In this document: one piece after another, positions 60,301 through 64,000 of the stretch
Numbering within the stretch: position 1 is the stretch's first letter
Layout of the letters: every line of letters starts with the position of its first letter
NCBI GenBank assembly: GCA_973895155.1
Contig: OZ316893.1
Location: 2,046,860-2,110,859 of the forward strand
Length of the DNA: 64,000 bases
Origin: Marsupella aquatica
Lineage: Eukaryota; Plantae; Marchantiophyta
Direction: 5' to 3'
The notes under the pieces: model-generated
What the model was told of the DNA's origin: nothing
The model's database searches: none
Seen by the model: only the letters and a program-made list of their open reading frames with translations
Made by a program: the position numbers and the translations under genes

Positions 60301-61161
60301 CGACTGCTACCCGATTTCGAACTTTGCACTGAAATAAAAATATACGATGGCGCTTTGCAGCTGATGATCTCTGTGGCTAACAAGGCACAAAGTTTGACGT
60401 TCTGCTCTTCTTCCCTCGGTGCAGACCGATCCGAACTGGGGAAATTTCCTGTACGAAGAATCGACAAACACTATTAACCTCATCGATTTTGGTGCTGCAC
60501 GGGGCTTCGCGACTCAGTTTGTGGACGATTACATGCAAATGGTTGATCACTCCATCCTTCTTAAGACGCTTTGTAACACTTTGGCCCTCCATTTCCGTCA
60601 TGTTCATTCATCAGCTACCAGTAGAGAAAGTCCTGGAGTTAGCACTGGAACTGTATTTGCGTTGATCTGTTTCGCGGTGGCGAATGAGTGGTTCACAGTA
60701 CTGTGGTGAAGATGGAGGATTCGCACCCGGTTTTAACCCGACTTTGTCATTTGTTCCAGGTGATTGCCTGCGCCAACAAAGATCGTGAGCAAATTATAGA
60801 AATGTCCACTCGACTTGGATTCTTAACAGGAGAGGAGGAAGAAGTTATGGTAGATGCTCACACGGCGGCTGCTTATGCGACCGGAGAGCCTTTCTCAAAG
60901 CTCGGGGGTTACGATTTTCGCAACAGCAACTTGCCAAGACGAATTTCTGAGCTGGGTGCCACCATGCTACGGCACAGGTTGACAGCACCTCCTGACGAAG
61001 TTTACAGCTTGCATCGAAAACTCTCCGGTGCCTTTCTGGCTTGTGTCAAATTGGGTGCCGTTGTACCCTGCCGCGAAATTTTACTGCAAACGTGTGAGAA
61101 AGCCAAACCTGCAGAATGGAGAACAGAAGCTGATGACCTCAGTAAGGCAGCCTCAGCCTGA
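57372..61161 (+). CDS. ABC1: ABC1/COQ8 (UbiB-family) atypical kinase, mitochondrial type, 8 coding exons
   Basis: [15 protein letters not shown]|[24 protein letters not shown] (KxGQ)|..AAASIGQ|[15 protein letters not shown]|..ELRRECDY|..[10 protein letters not shown]|[14 protein letters not shown]|..[12 protein letters not shown], joined by GT-AG introns. Confidence 0.95.
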
Positions 61162-61494
61162 TCTGTGTCGATGAAGGCTCTGCTCTTCTGATGGCCTTTG
61201 TTCATTCAACTTTATTTATTCACAAAAATGATTATGTGTGGTTGAGGTCTCTCTTCAATCTTTTGTTTACCAGGCTGATGTCCAGTCTGCCGCCATGAAA
61301 AGAATAAGTCGAGAACCTTTTTGCTCAGAGGCAGCTGCACCGCTAACCATGAAGACAGCGTTATCCTTCACCAAGTAAACTATCAATGGGGTTGGTTTCA
61401 TTTGACCTGACTTAATGATTGATTCTTACATATAGAACCTAGGCTGAGCTGATTCCGTAAGATCATTATGTAGACGAGCATGTTTGAGTTAGAG

Positions 61495-61533
61495 TTGCGT
61501 TGAGTTGAGCTGAGCTGAGCTGAGCTGAGCTGA
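61495..61533. repeat. (GCTGA)n microsatellite
   Basis: Five tandem GCTGA units, with a shorter echo at about 62222-62236. Confidence 0.75.
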
Positions 61534-64000
61534 TACGATCTTGACCAATAACAGAGTAGCACCAAGTCAGGTCATTTTGTAAGACTTATTAAGAGAGCCT
61601 AAGGAGGCGGTGGACCCACAGATGTTGGACCTACCAGTTGGAACTCATCCAGTCCTAGCTGCCAGAGAGCGGAAGTACTTACCAACTGCTGTGTTAAGGT
61701 GTCCCGGTGAATCAACCAAAGATACAGAAAGCGCACAACTGTTTCTCATTGTCCATCATCATTTTCGCTAACAATGTGAGAAAATGTGGTGATACGTGTT
61801 GTCATGGAAATTGTGAACAAGATTCAGACCTTTCTTGCCCTTCTCCATAAAATAGGATAAGACACGGGAACTAGGCAAGGATGTGACGTCTATCATCCTT
61901 CGGACAGAATCAGAAGCTTAAGCATGCTCTGGTTTTACTGAAACCAAAACAGTGGAATATTTGTTGAAAAGTGCGATGGAACTGTTTGGAGTTAATATGT
62001 GAACATTTGAGCCCCAGAGGTCTCTGTTCAATATTTTGTCTACTAGAATTATTCGAGTGATATCCGCGTGGGCGCCGTGAGAAGAACATGCCTTAGACAA
62101 TTTTCAGAGAGGCAGGTTGCAGTTGACTTGAACTAATTAGCTAATCAAGTCCTACAAATAGAACTCTGACTCAGCTGAGGTTATCGACGTAGACGAGAAG
62201 GTTTGACTTGAGTTTGGCTACGCTGAGCTGAGCTGATTGTGTTTTGTAATTTACTTTTCAATTACGACACTGCCTCCGATAACTCTGCAAACGTCACGGG
62301 TGCAGAGTAGTTCACCTAATCTGATTTGCTACTTTAGTTGATTGCAGCAATTCCAGAGCTGCACCCTCGCTAAGCTTTTTGTGTTAGACCCAATCTAAGA
62401 GCCCTGTAACTATGGAGGCCACAATCATTACGAGTGAGGATGAACGCGTTCTATCAGATGTGCTTCGTATGCATCAAAGTGCGGCTAGGATTGGGGATAT
62501 GTGGTTATGTGGCTGCATGAAACCCTTTCTAGTTTCACTGAGTGCAGTAAAAGGTCAACAGCTTAGGAGAAACGCACGTACAGGAAGAAGGCTGCCTCTG
62601 GTGAGGAGACTAGATCTAGAAATGGCGGCGAATACTTTTGACAAATCAAGTGAAGAGTCTAAAAATACTCAAGAAGAGGAAATTGCAATGCCTTCTGACC
62701 GTGCAATTGAAAGGTGGTAAGAAAAGCTGCTTCCCTGGAAATAGAGCCAAAAAGCTAGAAAGACATAAGAATCCCATGACAATGCGGTTCAAAAGCATTG
62801 GGCAAGGATCTGAAGCAGATGTCCTCACCAGATAACGCTGACAACACCATTGACTAGTAAGTGTCAAATGATGCTAGCTCTTGCAAAATAGTGAAACTAT
62901 ATTAGAACCAGTTTCTGCTCTTAATATTCAAAAGTAGATGATCTGCCAAAAGCGGTAAGATTTTCTATTTTTAATTGCTTATTGGATGTATACATCATTT
63001 TCATCTTCAATAGCTGTGCCTGGCATGAGAGTCTTTGCATCCATAATTCCTTGAGTCCGATAATGCTGGTGAGTTGCACAGAAATGTTGACGTGAGGCAA
63101 AGAAGTGCAAGTGATGCATAGAAATGTTGTTAGTTTAGTCATGTCATCATTTTGGTTGTGTTGTCTTTGCAGTTATGTTGTGGTTGCGGAAGTGTTGTCG
63201 TTTCGGTTGAGTAGTTGTGAAATGTTGTGATTTTGGTTCATGTTGCAAAAATGATGTTTTTGGAAAGCGCGGGCACTGGAGAGAGCGGGCTGGAAGATAT
63301 GCTAAGGCAGTTGGAACATCATAGGGTCCAGGTGTGGTCCTCCTGTGCTACAAAGACTGTTGGAGCCGGGAATGGGAGTAAATGAAGAAGGAGTTCCATT
63401 AACTACGGCTGTGATTGAGATGGTGAGATCTGTGGTGAAATGCTTTGCAATTGAGATGATGGTGAGCCTTGCATCGTTAAATAATCTATTGAATAAAAGA
63501 CTCCTACTCACAAGTCGGCTTGCACACAAGTCTACCGTCAATCTGACTAAGGTTAGACTAATGGTGGTTACATAGTGACTGTAGACCAGTAAAAGCCTGA
63601 CACAATCTGCACTTAACTATGCCCACTAGTATTACAAAAGACACCATGACTTAGCCATTTGTACTTCAATCAGGAGGGACAAAAAGAAGTTTCACCATCT
63701 GTTTCATGTCCCCATAATTCTCAGGAGGCTCCATAGCTGTCTCAACCGATATTTGGCCATTTAACTGGTGGCTCGCCTCCTATTTGGTCATGTATCGATA
63801 ACTCTAACACCCTTCTTCAAATCTGATCATCAAATTCCTCTCAACAGAGCTAGTATGCTTTCATGACATTTCCTATCAGAAATCAAAGGCATGGCAGCAT
63901 GGTTGAAACAACAGTCTTCTACAGTTACATTTCCTGCGCATGATTGGACCGTACCCAATAAGGCTACCAATTGAAGTCACTGAACAAAGAAGCAAAAAAA

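Noticed and set aside
62412-64000. Short ORFs at the window end
   Set aside because: No recognisable domain or consistent exon structure on either strand.

Overview
Eukaryotic nuclear DNA from a land plant: intron-rich genes, plant-type tRNA-iMet and TTTAGGG repeats. A bryophyte or other non-seed plant is my inference only. Seven protein-coding genes are recognisable: a DA1/DAR UIM-LIM-peptidase (-), a thylakoid lumenal 15 kDa TPM-family protein (-), RabG3/Rab7 (-), the CDC26 + TTM3 pair in the known plant bicistronic layout (+), GLE1 (-) and an ABC1/COQ8 kinase (+). There is also one initiator tRNA-Met gene. The intergenic blocks (about 7-21 kb, 26-28 kb, 32-42 kb and 52-56 kb) are filled with transposon material. 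This includes two convergent, 5'-truncated copies of a restriction-like-endonuclease (CRE/R2-type) non-LTR retrotransposon, a decayed MuDR element with long TIRs, a young 510-bp Mutator-like foldback element with a perfect 10-bp TSD, MITEs, SINE-like heads and LINE/LTR remnants. I cannot demonstrate a wholly new biological system. The best leads are the RLE-type LINE family, the tandem long hairpins upstream of the TL15 gene, the intact CDC26-TTM3 bicistron, a telomere-repeat insertion in one copy of a duplication, and two in-frame alternative splicing candidates in DA1. All assignments were made by eye from motifs, with no database searches.
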